Shown here in pieces: positions 11,501 through 24,884 of a DNA stretch of 64,000 bases. Position numbers and translations under genes: made by a program. The notes under the pieces are model-generated. The model made no database searches and was not told where the DNA came from. It saw nothing but the letters and a program-made list of their open reading frames with translations. Position 1 is the stretch's first letter. Every line of letters starts with the position of its first letter. This stretch comes from Klebsormidium nitens (lineage: Eukaryota > Plantae > Klebsormidiophyceae). The DNA lies in assembly GCA_000708835.1 (NCBI GenBank), contig DF236993.1:230307-294306 (forward strand), read 5' to 3'.

Positions 11501-14500
11501 AATACGTCCGCATTCTGGGCCTTTCCAATCCCAAGTAAAGGTGGCACTTGCGAGTACTTGGAATGGAGATGGGAGGCTCGAGACTTGGAATTATTGATCG
11601 ATGAAAACTCCTACGAAGCTGCATCGCGATACAGAGGTCAACCGAGCATGCCCGCGCCTCCCGGCATCCTGCTCATTGCCTCTGAATCGAGCGCTGATCT
11701 CCTCGTTCCATCAACCACGGCAACGCAACTCTTACTGCCGAACCACAACTAGCGGTTTGCTCAACCTGCTACCTTTGGGAAGACAGAAGGTGATTCGTCT
11801 CACCGACAACACGAAGCGGCTGGTAGCCGTTAGGGCGACCGTGATGGACTGGATCAGCACACCCGAGTAGTCCTTTACCACACGCTCCAGGGCCTTGGAC
11901 CGCGCGGCCCGGTCGCCGGCAACAGAGATGTCCTGTGGGAACGCGCCTTGATTTTGCGACTGTTTTGCGACGGTCTTTACCCGCAACAAAACCAGTCTTA
12001 GCGAGTGGGAGGATTGCATGGATTGTAAGGGTCCGCAGATGCGGCGGACTGCTTATCTTCTCACTACGAAGAACATGTCCCCATCGCTGATACATTTAAC
12101 CCATGAAGGCTAAACCTTGAGAATGTAAATCGTACAATAACGGTATCCGCTAATTCGGTGATGTAAGCGTTTGGCAACGTTATGAAGGAAGCTTGTGTGC
12201 ATTACCGTCCGAGATGACGTACTGATCTCCTGGTAGTCGTTACTCAACGGCTACCGACTCGATTGTGAAAACGATTTTACCACTTTACATTACGCCATCT
12301 TTGACGAACACGAATTGCATAATATAGAGGAACATGTGGGTGTCTAGGACGGGTTGGAAAGCGATGACCGTGTTTGAGAACCCTTAAACGATTTTCCACT
12401 TTGTGAATCTCTCTTGGAAACAGGCTAAAGAACCACCGAAATAGCAGTCTGGTACATTCGAGACGGCAGATGGCAACGGATCTGCGTCAGCCGACTCACC
12501 AGAACTTTGTGCTGAGCGTCCGTCGGGTTGAAGACCATTAGCAGGAAGCGCTCCACCTGCAACGTAGGCAAGCGGTGAGCGAAAGCCAGGTACGATCCTT
12601 CTGATACTGCAACTTGGACATAAAATCAGACGTTCTCAACTCTGCCAGGCATTGAGTGAACCACTTCCAAACGATTTCCAGCTATATGTAGCTTCTCAAC
12701 TTTGAAACGAGATAAGAATCCTGGGAGTTCTCAAACGGAATTGGCTGAAAAAGATCACCTTCTCATTCTGCTCACCTGCTCAACCACGTCCTCCCCAACT
12801 ATGACGCTCACTTTGTCTGAGAATAGATTGTACGGGTTTTCGTTTTGCTGCACGCCACCAACAAGGACAGCACGTCATCAACGGTCGCAGGATCAGAATA
12901 CGTTCAAATCTTGCATCATTGCCGACAAAGGTTTACCCTTTTTGAAGCTACTCCACCCCAAGAGACCCTCCTGAGATCCACAATCGTTGAAGAAGGGTCT
13001 TTGTATTCAAAAGTCAAAGACCAAAGAAGGTGGTGGAATATCTCAGTTGAGAAAAAGAATCTGCCTTTTCTTTCTGGATCAAAGTATCGAACTTTGGTAG
13101 ATGCTTCTTTGGAGTCCTTACCTGGATCCTGTTTATGATGTCAGCGGCTTCGTGCATCACCCTCGGCACCGCAAAGACGCCGATCGTGACGAGGAGCGAC
13201 ACGATGACGGCGTACATGATGACCACGACTAGTTTCCGCCGGCCAGGCAGGACCTTCTCCACTTCAGCCACCAGAGCGTTGCCAATAAATGCAAGGATGA
13301 ATGTTCCCATGGAAACCTGCAGTGTACGGCAATCTTACTTTTTGGCCGGACTCCAGAAAGCAGATTAAACATGTGGACAAACCAAGTATGGAAGTGAGAT
13401 GGCTCCTTTGCTTGCTTCATGGTGCGGTGAGTTGATAGCCGCCTAGTTGTAGGTCAGGAGCTGGATTCCTTTTGGGCTTATGATACACAGTCCAAGTGCA
13501 AGCTTTCTTGTTCATGTGAGCAGTCTTGTTTGAATACAACGATACTTCACGAGGCTATGAACATGCTGATCCAGATTTCTTGCTGTTGCCTTCGCACTAG
13601 AAATGGAGCGCAGTGAGACAAATATCCCAGAAGATTGTTAAGCATCCAACATTGATTGCCTCTAAGTGAGCAAATGGCTATCCTGTACCTCACGGGCACG
13701 CTTGATGAAGGAAGATGTAGAATCCAGACTACCAGTGATTCAAAGATCCAAAAGTACAAGACCTCCAACGGCCCTGGAGACCAACCAAGGCACTCACCCC
13801 AAGGAACGCGCGCATCTGGTATGATGCCCCAATTACGATGGCCCAGATTGCAATCTTCTTCACCGGCAGCTCTTGCAAGACTGATGTGAAGTTGCTGAGA
13901 GTTCCGGAGGGGGCATCCAGTTTTGCTTGGAAGGTGACGGCGGTCGGGTTAGAGCTTGCGGGGCTGTTCGTGTCTGTGACCTACAGACAGCACGTCACAT
14001 GATGATCAAACAGTAGGAATTTTAAGTCAAAGACGTCTAGAGGTCAACGACTGCGCTGTCACCCCAGGTTATGTTCATCTGTTTGAGCCGAGGTTTTCAC
14101 AGGTTGCGTGGAGAAAGCTAAGATTCGTCTGCATTTGCTTGTGCAGACTTCCAAGCAATTTGTGGGGAGAAGAGGAAGCAACAAAGAAAGATAACCTCGA
14201 CCTTGCTGGAAAAACTCTGCTGGAAAAACTCTGGGTGTTACGGGTCCCCAATAAGCGCATTACCTGTGCTCGTATTGTACAATGCTTGTGCTTTTTGTTC
14301 TGCCTCAGCGGAGAGCTCCCAAGCCCGTGTATCCGTGCACTTCTGGCTCTTTTGAAAGATTGAAAAGAACGGCTAGCTTGCAAATCCTGTATGAAAGGCT
14401 GCCGGCCAAGAGCATTGGCTGAGATGCTTGTAGATGGTCGTCCTGATTCGCCCCCCGCATTTGAAATTCCAAAAGGGAGTGCTTGGCTTCCGCCAAGCAC

Positions 14501-14515
14501 CGTCTGTGCCGCCAT
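8598..14515 (-). CDS. AI-2E (UPF0118/PerM/TqsA) family transporter with N-terminal plastid transit-peptide-like extension, about 10 exons
   Basis: Spliced product contains MGTFILAFIGN...VPRVMHEA, CAVSLLFSFMIVWDLPTL (11175-11297), GKALQAQSAIAVVNTLLTGLG...SFVPVAGVFLSTIP, THAIEAYVLNPVIYS (about 9500-9594) and HLKLHPLLVLAVLVFAEHTLGVWGLLIAVPLAVF. First coding exon is Ser/Arg-rich. Confidence 0.88.
10150..10212 (-). repeat. Intronic copy of an AI-2E exon 3' end
   Basis: 31/35 identity in the core with 10338-10372, offset 173 bp. Confidence 0.85.
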
Positions 14516-15904
14516 CAGAAAGCCCCTCTTGTGCTAGGGAAGACCTGGGAGCAATCTGATGCTAGTGAAGGGTCAATCCTTGCTATAGTGCAATATCAAC
14601 TTCATGCTTGACGCTCAACCGATCAGTGGCACACAAGCGACAACGCTCAGAATCTGTCCCTTAGCTCTGCACTGACAGAAGGCTGGATAATACACCCTTT
14701 GGAGAAGCTCAGGCTTGCATGCATTCCGTGCTACCCAGCATTATGCTGCACATTCGTTGACATCTGGTCATTAAAGTGCTGATCAAACATTTGACTGGCT
14801 GGTTCCACGACCAAACCAACGCAGATGCAAACTCAGTCGCTACACTTGGTGGTGACGTCTATTGAGGCGAATGCTGTGGGTCCACCGCTCTGAACCGGAA
14901 GGGCAGAAGAGGGAGACACCCTTTGCTGCTTTGCCTGCGCCGCCAAATCGCCTCTGCTGCAGTTGGCCTGCACCAGCTCCCTTCCCACTAGCCTGTTCCT
15001 GGCACTGATCACAGATTCTTGTGGCTGACAAGGACGATTGCCAGGTGTCCTCCACCGGAATCCGTCAGTTTCTTAAAGGAATTCCGCCGGAATGGAGCTG
15101 AATCAGCCTTTACCGGACTGTGTCAGTGTCATCGCAACCGTCCGAAAAGGCCTGCGGCCGTGAACTGTTACCAGATTACTAGTCATATGGTCTTAATTTC
15201 CTTCAACCTAGATGCGACGCCATTGGAAGGGCCTTGACAATGTGGAGAGGACGCCACATGTTGGCTCATTGCGCACAGATTCATCATCTTTTCTTTGGCC
15301 AACCGCTTGTGCCCTGATTCTGCATGGAGGGGGTGGATAATGTGCAGTAGTTTATTGAAGTGACGGAAAGCCATGAACGGGACGCCTGGCACAGATTGCT
15401 TCACACACGATTGTTTAGCAAGTTAGACGCATATCCGAGCTTTGTTTCAGTGGGTGAAGAAGGTGAGCATCCGACACTAGCTTTGGGTGTGCTTGAAACG
15501 AGTCAGTGTTTCGTTGAGTATCACTACGGGCAAGAGAGGAAAGGAGTGTTGCCAAAGACGACTTTTTGTCAAATTTCAACAGATTTGAAAGTATCTCTCA
15601 CCTGGATTGTAGCTTCGCCCCACCATCATTCGTGCTGAAAGATTCATTCAGATTCCCTCCTTGAAGAAACTTCTGCAGCATGCCACCATCAAATCGAAGC
15701 ACACCACCATCTCATCAACAGTACCCGACAAACACCTGCATTCTGGCAGCCAGTTGGAATCCATGACGGTCAATTGTCCAAAGACTCTTTATATCTTGTT
15801 GAACTCAATCTGCATAGGTAAGAACATTTCATGTTGAAGCGCTGACTCGCTCCAAACTCACAGGATGAACGCCTGCCTTCGGACACCCAATCATACGTTG
15901 TCCG

Positions 15905-18900
15905 ATGTCCGTGGTCACCGTACAACTAGGCCAATGCGGGAACCAGGTTGGGGGTGCACTCTTTGACGTGCTAGCAGGGGAGGCCCTCTCTGCAAGCCGG
16001 AAAGAAGAGCCCGAGGCAGAAACGTTTTTTCGGCGGGGCAAAGGGGGGACGCAATGGGTTGCTCGAGCAGTCCTGGTAGATATGGAACCCAAGGTGAGGT
16101 CTGGGATTTGAAGCTGGTTCATCTACTGAGCGGGTGGACTGTGATGGACGCAGAAGTTGCTTCTTAATATTGAGGATGAGGGTGGCTCATTTGAGGATAT
16201 TCCTGGCGAAAGCGGTGCCTGCCTCTATTCTCTACTCCTTGGACTCGATTTTGCCACTCAAGACTTTGTCTAGACGTCCTTCTTTCTCTGCAATCACAGA
16301 GGCGTCAAAGCATCTGTAATCAACACAGCAAAGTGATTTAGCTCTCCGCGCCATTTCCGTACTGTATATCTGGTTCCCTGTCAAGAGTTCATATTCTTCA
16401 GATGGTTGATCTGCAGGGGCAGCTCACTTTGAGGTAATGCACAAAGGACATGTCAACTCAAGGTGGGGCAACTCAACAGTTCTCTGCGACCTTCTTGGCC
16501 ACAAAAGTCAGAGAGACATTGCAGCAGGGTTTCAAATCACCACGTATCGAACTTGGGAAGCGCCTTGCAGCGCCTGACTTCATCACAACCAAACCTCCCA
16601 GGCTTTGGCTTCCACGGTTCGTTCGGCCCGCGCATCCAGCGGAGGCGTTTGGGGCTTCGACGAGGGACGGCTCTTCTCACGGGAGAGTGGCTCAGGCAAC
16701 AACTGGGCCCGGGGTTTTCACACTCACGGTCCAGCCTGTCGAGACGATATACTGAACCTGGTTAGGAAGGAGGTAAGCATACGCTTGACCTACGAGTATA
16801 CGGAGACTGGCGGATGCGGCAATCAAGCACCTTGCGTCTGATTGTGAGTATTCCTACAATTCTTTTCGGCTGGCACTCATTGAAGGTGCGCAATCAGCAA
16901 AGTGGTCTGATTATCCTGGTATGGTCTTGCGGGGGGCCGAAGCTATAATGTCCTTTTGTTGTTCTGATCGTCGAAGTTGTTGCCTCGCCGTGCCTCAGGT
17001 GGAAGAGTGCGATCGCTTCGGGGGCTTCCTTACGCTCCAGAGCGTTGCGGGAGGCACGGGCTCTGGGTTAGGTATGCTGTCTGCCAAAGTTCGGTACACC
17101 ACTTGATCACACTAACTGTTGGGTAGCTGTCGCTAGTCAAAGTTCCTCACGCGCAATCTTGTCCATCTCAGTTCTTTCCATTTTCGCAACCGGGTTCCTG
17201 AATATACCTGCTTTTTCTAGATGCTTCCGTTTGTCGTGGGCTCTCTTTCTTAGTCAACCTCGTTGCTCTTTATCCCTTGTCTTCGTCCCCTGCTAGCTTT
17301 CGGCGTCGACATTATGTTCCGGCTTTGAATCAGCACGCCTCCAAAAGCCCTTCCACATTCGGCAACAGCAAAATCAGCACGTCTCGCTAAGAGTTTGTCT
17401 TTGACTTTTGTAGGGGCATACGCGGCGGGTTGTCTACGAGACGAGTATCCAGCGAGCCCCCTGTTGGGCCACTGCGTGTGGCCGCACGAAAGCGGGGAGG
17501 TGCGTCAGGCGGATGTCTCCCAATCACTTTCACAACTGAACATGTCAAGATTGCCAAAGGCTTCGAGTAGGAAGAATTGTCCGTTAATATTTTATGTGCT
17601 TGGTTCATATGGTAAATATTGGTTCAAAAGGATTAATCATATCGAACCCGTCATGATTGCCAGAAGGCTTCTAGTAGGAAGAATTCTCCGCCAATCTTTT
17701 GTGTGCTCGGTTCGAAAGGACTATCTCACCGTAGACTCCTTTTTCGAAAGAAAAACTCTCGTTTGTCGTACAGTGACATTCCTCAAAATGTCCACGCCGG
17801 CCCTGAAAACCCTCTTGTCTATCAGTGGCTTTACAAACAGTCGCTTTCTAGCTGTCTCCGTGCACAGAAGCGACTCCGGATGCTTTCTTTCTGTTTCCAC
17901 AGGTGATCGTGCAGAGCTACAACGCGATGCTGACGCTGCCCAAGCTAGCTCAGGTAAGGCGCTTTCCACCAATCTCTTTCTACCTTCCCGAACGCTGGCC
18001 TTCTTTTCACTGGTTTGAGTCGTTCGGTAGGTAAAAGCTCTCACGAACTTTCGCAAAAGTCGTCTCGAAACTTCAAGGTTGCGTCCTTCTCTCTGTCAGC
18101 AACCCAGCCCAATTTGTGCCTGCGCACCCTTCTATTGAGTCTCCAGGTTGAAGCAGTTTACCAACTAATTTCTAAAGGCAAGTCGAGGAGTCACCTTCTG
18201 ATCCCTAAAAGACTGACGTTCTCTCCATCTTTGAGCTTAATAATGAAGACTTCGGTTTGCTACTCAGGCGGCTGACGGCGTAATCCTGGTGGAGAACGAG
18301 GCCCTCACCGCCACGTGTCGGCGGCTGCTCAACATCTCCCGGCCGTCGTACACTGACCTCAACTTAGTTGCCGGGCGCGCTCTCGCATGCGTCCTCCTCC
18401 CTGCGCAGTGGCGGTCCGAGGTACGGAAACCACGTGGCAAACGCTTCTCGTCAGGTTGTCGAGCTTGTTCGGGCATCAAAGAAGATAGTTGGCAGTATTG
18501 TCCTCTGTTCTCGGGGAGAACCACGGCCGTGACTTTGGTCGTCCACAAGCTTCTAAGGTCGAGCTTTGCGTTTGGTTGGGGCCGCCGCTTCTTTGCATTG
18601 GTGCGTACACCGAGTGCGTTCGCAACAGTAGAGGAAGAGCTTCTGGGAGTTTTTGACAGCCTACCAGAACCATAGCTGAGTTGGATTCTCAGATCTTACT
18701 TGCAACTTTCAGGTACTAGGCCAGACGCGTCCTCATGTCCGCTCAATCCTCGCGCCTTTTTTTCAAGACAAGTATGAGGCGTCGGCGATTCCCGCTTCCG
18801 CCCCCTGTCAGAACTTCGTCAGTATCGTGCTGACACGAATAAGTAACGTCGAAGTGAAAGCAAGAGACTGAAGAGCTCTTCTGAGGGAAGTCTCTGCATC

Positions 18901-21900
18901 TTCTCATCCTATTGCCAAGAAGCGTTACGGCCAGCCTCAGCCTTTCGCCTTCATCACTCAGGTCATTTCGGTGGGCGTGGGCAATTTCCACTGCGCCCTC
19001 TATAGGGCCTCGTCGCTGGTGTGCGCACAACCAAGCGATATCGGAAAAGAGGGGCAAAGAAACGAGAAACTCGTAGAATCGTTTTGCGCCTACTCCTCCT
19101 TTCACTTACACCCATCATGCCCGCTCTGATCCTTTTTCCCTCTCCACCCAGGCCGACTCGGTGGGCGTCGGCGGTGCCCGCTTCCGCCCCCTTTCGGACC
19201 TGGTGAGCGCAGTGTGCGCGCACCCCCACTACCCCCTGCTCAGCCTGCGCGCGCTGCCCCAGATCCCGCCCGCCTCAGTGGACTTCACCACGTTCACGTG
19301 GCCCAGCCTGGTCAGGCAACTGCGTCAGGTGCGTTTAATCGGAAAGCATTCTCCGGCCCCTTAACTCGCACCCAAGATGTTGTTTTCGTCGGACTTTTTG
19401 ATACTACTGTAACCCCAAAGTATGTTGTCGATTTCCGCAAGTTTCGCACCTAATGAATCGCAGACTGGCCGTGCAACAGTTGGGTGCGACTTTTAAGGTG
19501 CCCGAGTCGAGTCTTCGTGTTGCGCGATGAGGACATCTCTCGCTTGATGAGAACACGTCACTGCCTTATCCAGGATGACGCGGCCTGGCTCGAACCTTTG
19601 GCATGACAGACGTTTCGGTTCGCGGCCCTCCCTGTTAAGTTATCCTGCTGAAGTATCGCGTCTGTCTGCAAACTTGGATGGATAAGGCGCTTCGCGATCA
19701 TTGTCTGTTCCAGCAGCTCCTATTTCGAAGGGCCGTTTGCATCAAGCCGCTGAGAGTTTAGCGCCAGATTTGACGAATGGTTGCGCCGGAGCTTAAAAGA
19801 TGGAGGATCTTGGTAATCAGTAATCTTGGTAAGCGCGAGGAGGAGACGCAACCTATCTCAGAACATCACAGCTTGCGTGGAAGACCTCCGCTCTTCTGAG
19901 AGGCACAGCGTCGTAGGCAAGGAATCACAATGACGTCAACGACCATTGAGCTGACGTCATTGCTGCTGGCGCGCCCTGTACCTTCGCAGATGGCCTCCTC
20001 CGGAGCACCTCTTGAGAGTGCGGTTGACTGGGCCGCTGCCAGCGGGGCGCCCAGCTCTCCACCTCCCGCAGGTAAAGTGCACTCCTCAGCACGCACGGCG
20101 CTTGTCAAACTCCTTGAGAAGGTTCTTGTACAGGAAGTCGTTTCTGTGGGGGCCGTTCGGTGTGTTTATCTCGAGGGTTGCGGAATACGCCTGAGAGGGA
20201 CTCTGATTCGAACTCTTGGGAGGCTTTTTTCTGTGTCCAGACGATCCAAGCGAGTTTCATCTGCGCCGACCTTTTGCTCCGGCCGAACGACATTGTTTAT
20301 TTCAATCCAAGAGCCAGAAATTATCGCAAGCGAGTGAAATCTGTTAGGAGGTCCCGAATTGCGTCCCCTGTACATTTCGTTGTCCGTCAGGTTGCATCAG
20401 GTTTACTTTTTTGAAAGCTTTTTATTGATGGTCTCCAATCTTGAGCACTCCGGTTGTCAAAAGCATCTGGTAACATTAGACGTTTCTAACTTATCTACTT
20501 CGCTTTCTCCGGCCGCAGCCAGACAACGCAAGCAGACGCACCTGAAAGTTACTCAAATGAATATTGAGGCATGAAACGGTCGCTAACCCATTATTCCGTC
20601 ATTGGCAGGAACCTTTCGCAGCGTCAACAAGTCCGTAAGCAGCCTGCTGGTGCTGCGGGGCAAGGTGAGGCCGCCACGGCGAGGAAACTTCACCCCGAAA
20701 GTCCGTTCGGGGCCTCAAAATTTCGGACAGATCCTTTCTCGGACGGTCCCTGACGCTTGCACGGGAAGTTGTCAAGCAAGCCAGCTGGTGCGAGCTTGAC
20801 AGCTTCAGAGCAGCACCAACCTTTCTGCTTGCGTTAGGTATTTCAAGGGAGCGAACCCTGGCAAATGTCAAAGCAAGTGCGTTGCGGGATGACATGCCAG
20901 GCACCTGCGGAAACTACGGTCCAGACTTCTGCAGCAGGGTCCGGTCGCTTTCTTGGTGCAAGCGTTGATTCTGTCCCGCACTGTTGACACTTACTTTCCT
21001 GTCGCTGCCACCGGGTAGCAGATGAGATTTCGGAAGTGACTGACAAACACAGTGTTGTCGCCTCTAGACCACGACTTCCAAACCAGGTAGTTTGCGTAGA
21101 CGCCCGCTTCGAAGATTGACTTCGGGCAAATGCTAACGTATGGGCTTACCCTTCGCCGCTGCCATCCAAAAGGCGTGCCGTTGAAACAATGTAGACAGCC
21201 CAATCCGCCAGCCCGCGGGATACATCCACTCTCCTCCAGATTGTGATCCATTCGTAACCCACAGGCGTGATAGAACTGCATGCTGTTTTGCTGACCTGAG
21301 CAGCATGGTCGCCAGATCCTTACACATACTCTGGCACTATCTAGCAAACTTTAAGATGCCGTTTTGCTCTTTGGCAGGGTGCATCTGGGGTGGATGTCTC
21401 TTCCTTTGCGTCTCCGACTTTGTACCCATCATGGGCGGTGGACCCCCTTACCGTAATAAGTTCCCCGACTCAGTTTGGCAAGGTAAGCGGACATTTGCGA
21501 TTGTGTCTCGATGTATAGTTGCGGGCTTCACAGGAGTCGTGTCTTGAATCCTTATTTGCGGGCTTTACCGGATGTCTCAGGTCTGAATTTCTCTTGCACG
21601 TTTTACTGTGACCTGGTCTCAGAAACCGCACCATGTGCTTTTCTTGCGAGGTCTGCTTCCTGTTCATGCAGACTGCGTGAAAACAGCAGCTGATTGAAGG
21701 GAATTCTGCCGCCTATCGTTCCTGAGGAAGATGTTCACACCCCCTTTTGTGAGAACCTAAGGGGTCTTCGAAAAAGCCTGGTTACTTTAACAAGAGGTCC
21801 GAGTCTCGGGAGCTTGATTGTATAATAGTTACGCACCGATGAGTAGTGGATCCTGCGATGGAAATCTAACTGGTCAACACAGAAGAAAGGCTTCCTCACC

Positions 21901-23094
21901 GTTCTTCTTCTCTTGTGTGCGTTCAGTACGAGATGGCGACCGGCCTGCTCAGCAACTGCCAGGTGAGGTCGCCCTCAATTATCGTTGCAAGCAACTCTGG
22001 TGACAAGGTGTTTGCTTGGACTTGTCACTGGCCAGTATGTCAAATGAATAGGCAGCTTATGACGGCGCCCTTTTGCGGATCGCCTACGTCTAAGGACAAG
22101 TTGACCCACGGCTCTAAGGATTGCGTCGGCAGGTTGTCTGTTCCTCAGAACTCGCTTATATGTGATTGGTCAATCGGCCAACCTTCAAACACGAAACGCT
22201 TCGGCTGCGGATCAATTTTATGCCCCGCTATTTCGCTGCTTTGACCCTTCGAAAATCGACGGTTGCGGCAAAGGCTCCATTCTTCTGCTCGAATAATGGC
22301 TCTCAAACGGGAATGACGTTCGCCTTCCAACCAAAGTGTGCCTTTTGAGATGCTTCTACAGGATGTTGACCCGCTCGTCATGAAAATCTCTGCAGACTTT
22401 GGTGTCGCCTATCGAGCGCATGCTGGGCCGCGCGTACGAGATGTCCCACGCGGGGGCGTATTTACACCAGGTGCGTCTAGGCGGTCTTGTCCAGTGTGAA
22501 CGGTGACAAAGATAACGGACGCAGCTGCTGTACGGAGATTATCCAGAGCTGCCTTTTGACATCCTTGAAGAGAAAATGAAAGAAGCCGTCAGCTGATTTG
22601 TGACGGTCTTGAACGGGATGGCGACCTCCGAAGGCGCGATTGACCAATAATCAAAGAGTATGGTGCGAAAGTGGTAGCAAGGAGACTTTTGCGAAGAGGT
22701 ATTACCGTACAACAGGATGACAACTAAGCCGACTGAGAGAAAAATGGTGGCCGTTACGGGACCCACTCTGTCCTCCTTGGCGGACACGTCAGCGTCGGTC
22801 TGCCCAATCTCGACTCAAAGACTTGCACCTCGCTCAACAATCATCGACTCCCCTAGTATTTCCGTCTTGCTAAAGCAGTCATTTGGGCCTTCCTTCTTCC
22901 ACTTGAAACTTCTATAAGACTCGAGGAAGAGTTACAGCTGTCCTCTGTGGTCCTGGAGTCAATCGAACTTGCGCACCAATCTGAAAACTTAGTTATGTGC
23001 TTCGCAGTACTATCAGCACGGGATGAGCGAGGCGTCTTTCGAAGCAGCGTTCGCGAGCGTGGAGGAAACGCTTTGCCACTACCGGTCCCTTTGA
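15905..23094 (+). CDS. TUBD1: Delta-tubulin, multi-exon
   Basis: [108 protein letters not shown]...[14 protein letters not shown], with GT-AG junctions. Confidence 0.92.
18781..19032 (+). repeat. Two degenerate copies of a delta-tubulin exon 5' end
   Basis: 18781-18830 and 18961-19032 match the exon starting at 19152. Confidence 0.8.
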
Positions 23095-24884
23095 CCAGTC
23101 TCTCCGGACGCTTCTCGTCACTCTGATCGCGGCCGGTTAGCTGTTTAGACCAGTTACTGATCTTGGCAGTAGCGAGTGCAAGGATCGAGCCGGCCGCCCA
23201 TGCGAAGTCAACCACAGTAGACGGTTGTGGAGCTTTGTACAAAGCCCATGCATATCATGCAGTCATACAAGGGGTTGAATGTACGGTTCCGCATCGATAT
23301 GGACAAGTGACCGACCATTATCGACAGGGTAGCCCCTTCGCAATTTGGCGATAAATCAAACCTGTCTTTTCCTGCTTTTATACGTGCTGGTCGGGGCTTG
23401 AGGGAGGTGATGAGCTCCAACTGTAGTAGTGCAGCATGAGTAACAAGTTGATGCCGCAGTGACCATGTACATGATGCCAAAATCGATTTTGTACTAGGAC
23501 CTCAGTTCCTAGTCGCCCGGCGGCCGTCAAGGAAAGATATTACAGCAGACGGTTGAGCAGATTACTGCGTCACCTAGTAATGATTGATCATGATCTGGTT
23601 GCCGCCCGGCAGCGCGCCAGCATGCTGTCACTCAGTGCCATACAGTGCCGCCGCATTTCGAAGGCCAAATACCATTTGATGGTACTGCAGCTCGGCACAT
23701 GACAACGCCATCATGCAGTTTTATATCACGGCGCCTGGACTCGTAACATATAAATAATGATCCTGCAGGCTGTATACTACATATAAACGACTCTTGAGTG
23801 CATAGCATCACCATAATCTGCAAAAGAGCGCCGCGCTGTGTTAGTATATGGTGAGCCATGTAATGATGCATGGCCGCAAGCTCAAGACAATCGGCCCAGC
23901 TCGTCTCAAATGACGGCCTAGGTCAGCTAAGCATCGGCGCACAAAGACGGTCAGAACGATGGGCGCGCTCAACTTGGAAAACGATACCCCGGCCAAAAGC
24001 ATGGGGGTTACATGTACATCTGCATGTAGGGAAGGTCGTCTACGAGAGGTCGTTTCTTAGATGATAAATCGCCTGCACTTCCGGCCGAATAGCATCTGCT
24101 GGTCTCTAGATCCATGTCGGGTGTGAGGGTACCATGCTTGTGCACAAATCATGGAGGCTTCATATAAATCCACACCAAGCACCTTGCGCGCCATTTACCT
24201 ATATGTTAAAGTGAAAGCAGTCCTTTCTACCGCAGAGTGAAGTGTACACAATCAGGCGTATAAGTCCAATCGAAGCTGTCAAGCTCAAGTTAGAAAACTC
24301 AGTTCTTAAAGCGAAAACTAGCATACGTACTCTACAAAAGTTGATCTGCCGGACAAGATTTCCGTCGAAATAAAGTTACAAAGCCCGTCCAAACGCACAG
24401 AGAGTCGACGTACAAGGGATACCTGACTGGACTACTTGAAAAGCTTCTCGACCTGCATGTGAGAATACGCAGTTGTTTGAAAGACTTGCCATTACGCTTT
24501 CCATATAGAATCCGAGGACCTGAAAGAAATCTGCTATATCTCAGAATCGCGCAGCCGTCTTAAGGTCTATCCTTTGGTTGTGCAAAGAGGCTGATCATTG
24601 CTACTCGGGAGTTGAGGCACGTGCACAACCGAATGGCCTGCTGAAAACTTCAACATTACTCTTACAGTTCTGACCGTCGTATGCAAGATGCTAGTCGAGC
24701 TTACTTTTAGCATAGCTCAGTAATAAAGGGCCAAATCTTGTATGAACTTTGCTTCAAGTATTGTTATGAAAGTTCTTGTGGAATAGACGACACTTCTGAA
24801 CAAAGCCAATCCGCGTATGAGGGATATGAATTATCAGGAGTCTACGACCTTTGACTGGCACTCTAGCTTGACTATCCAAGGAGT

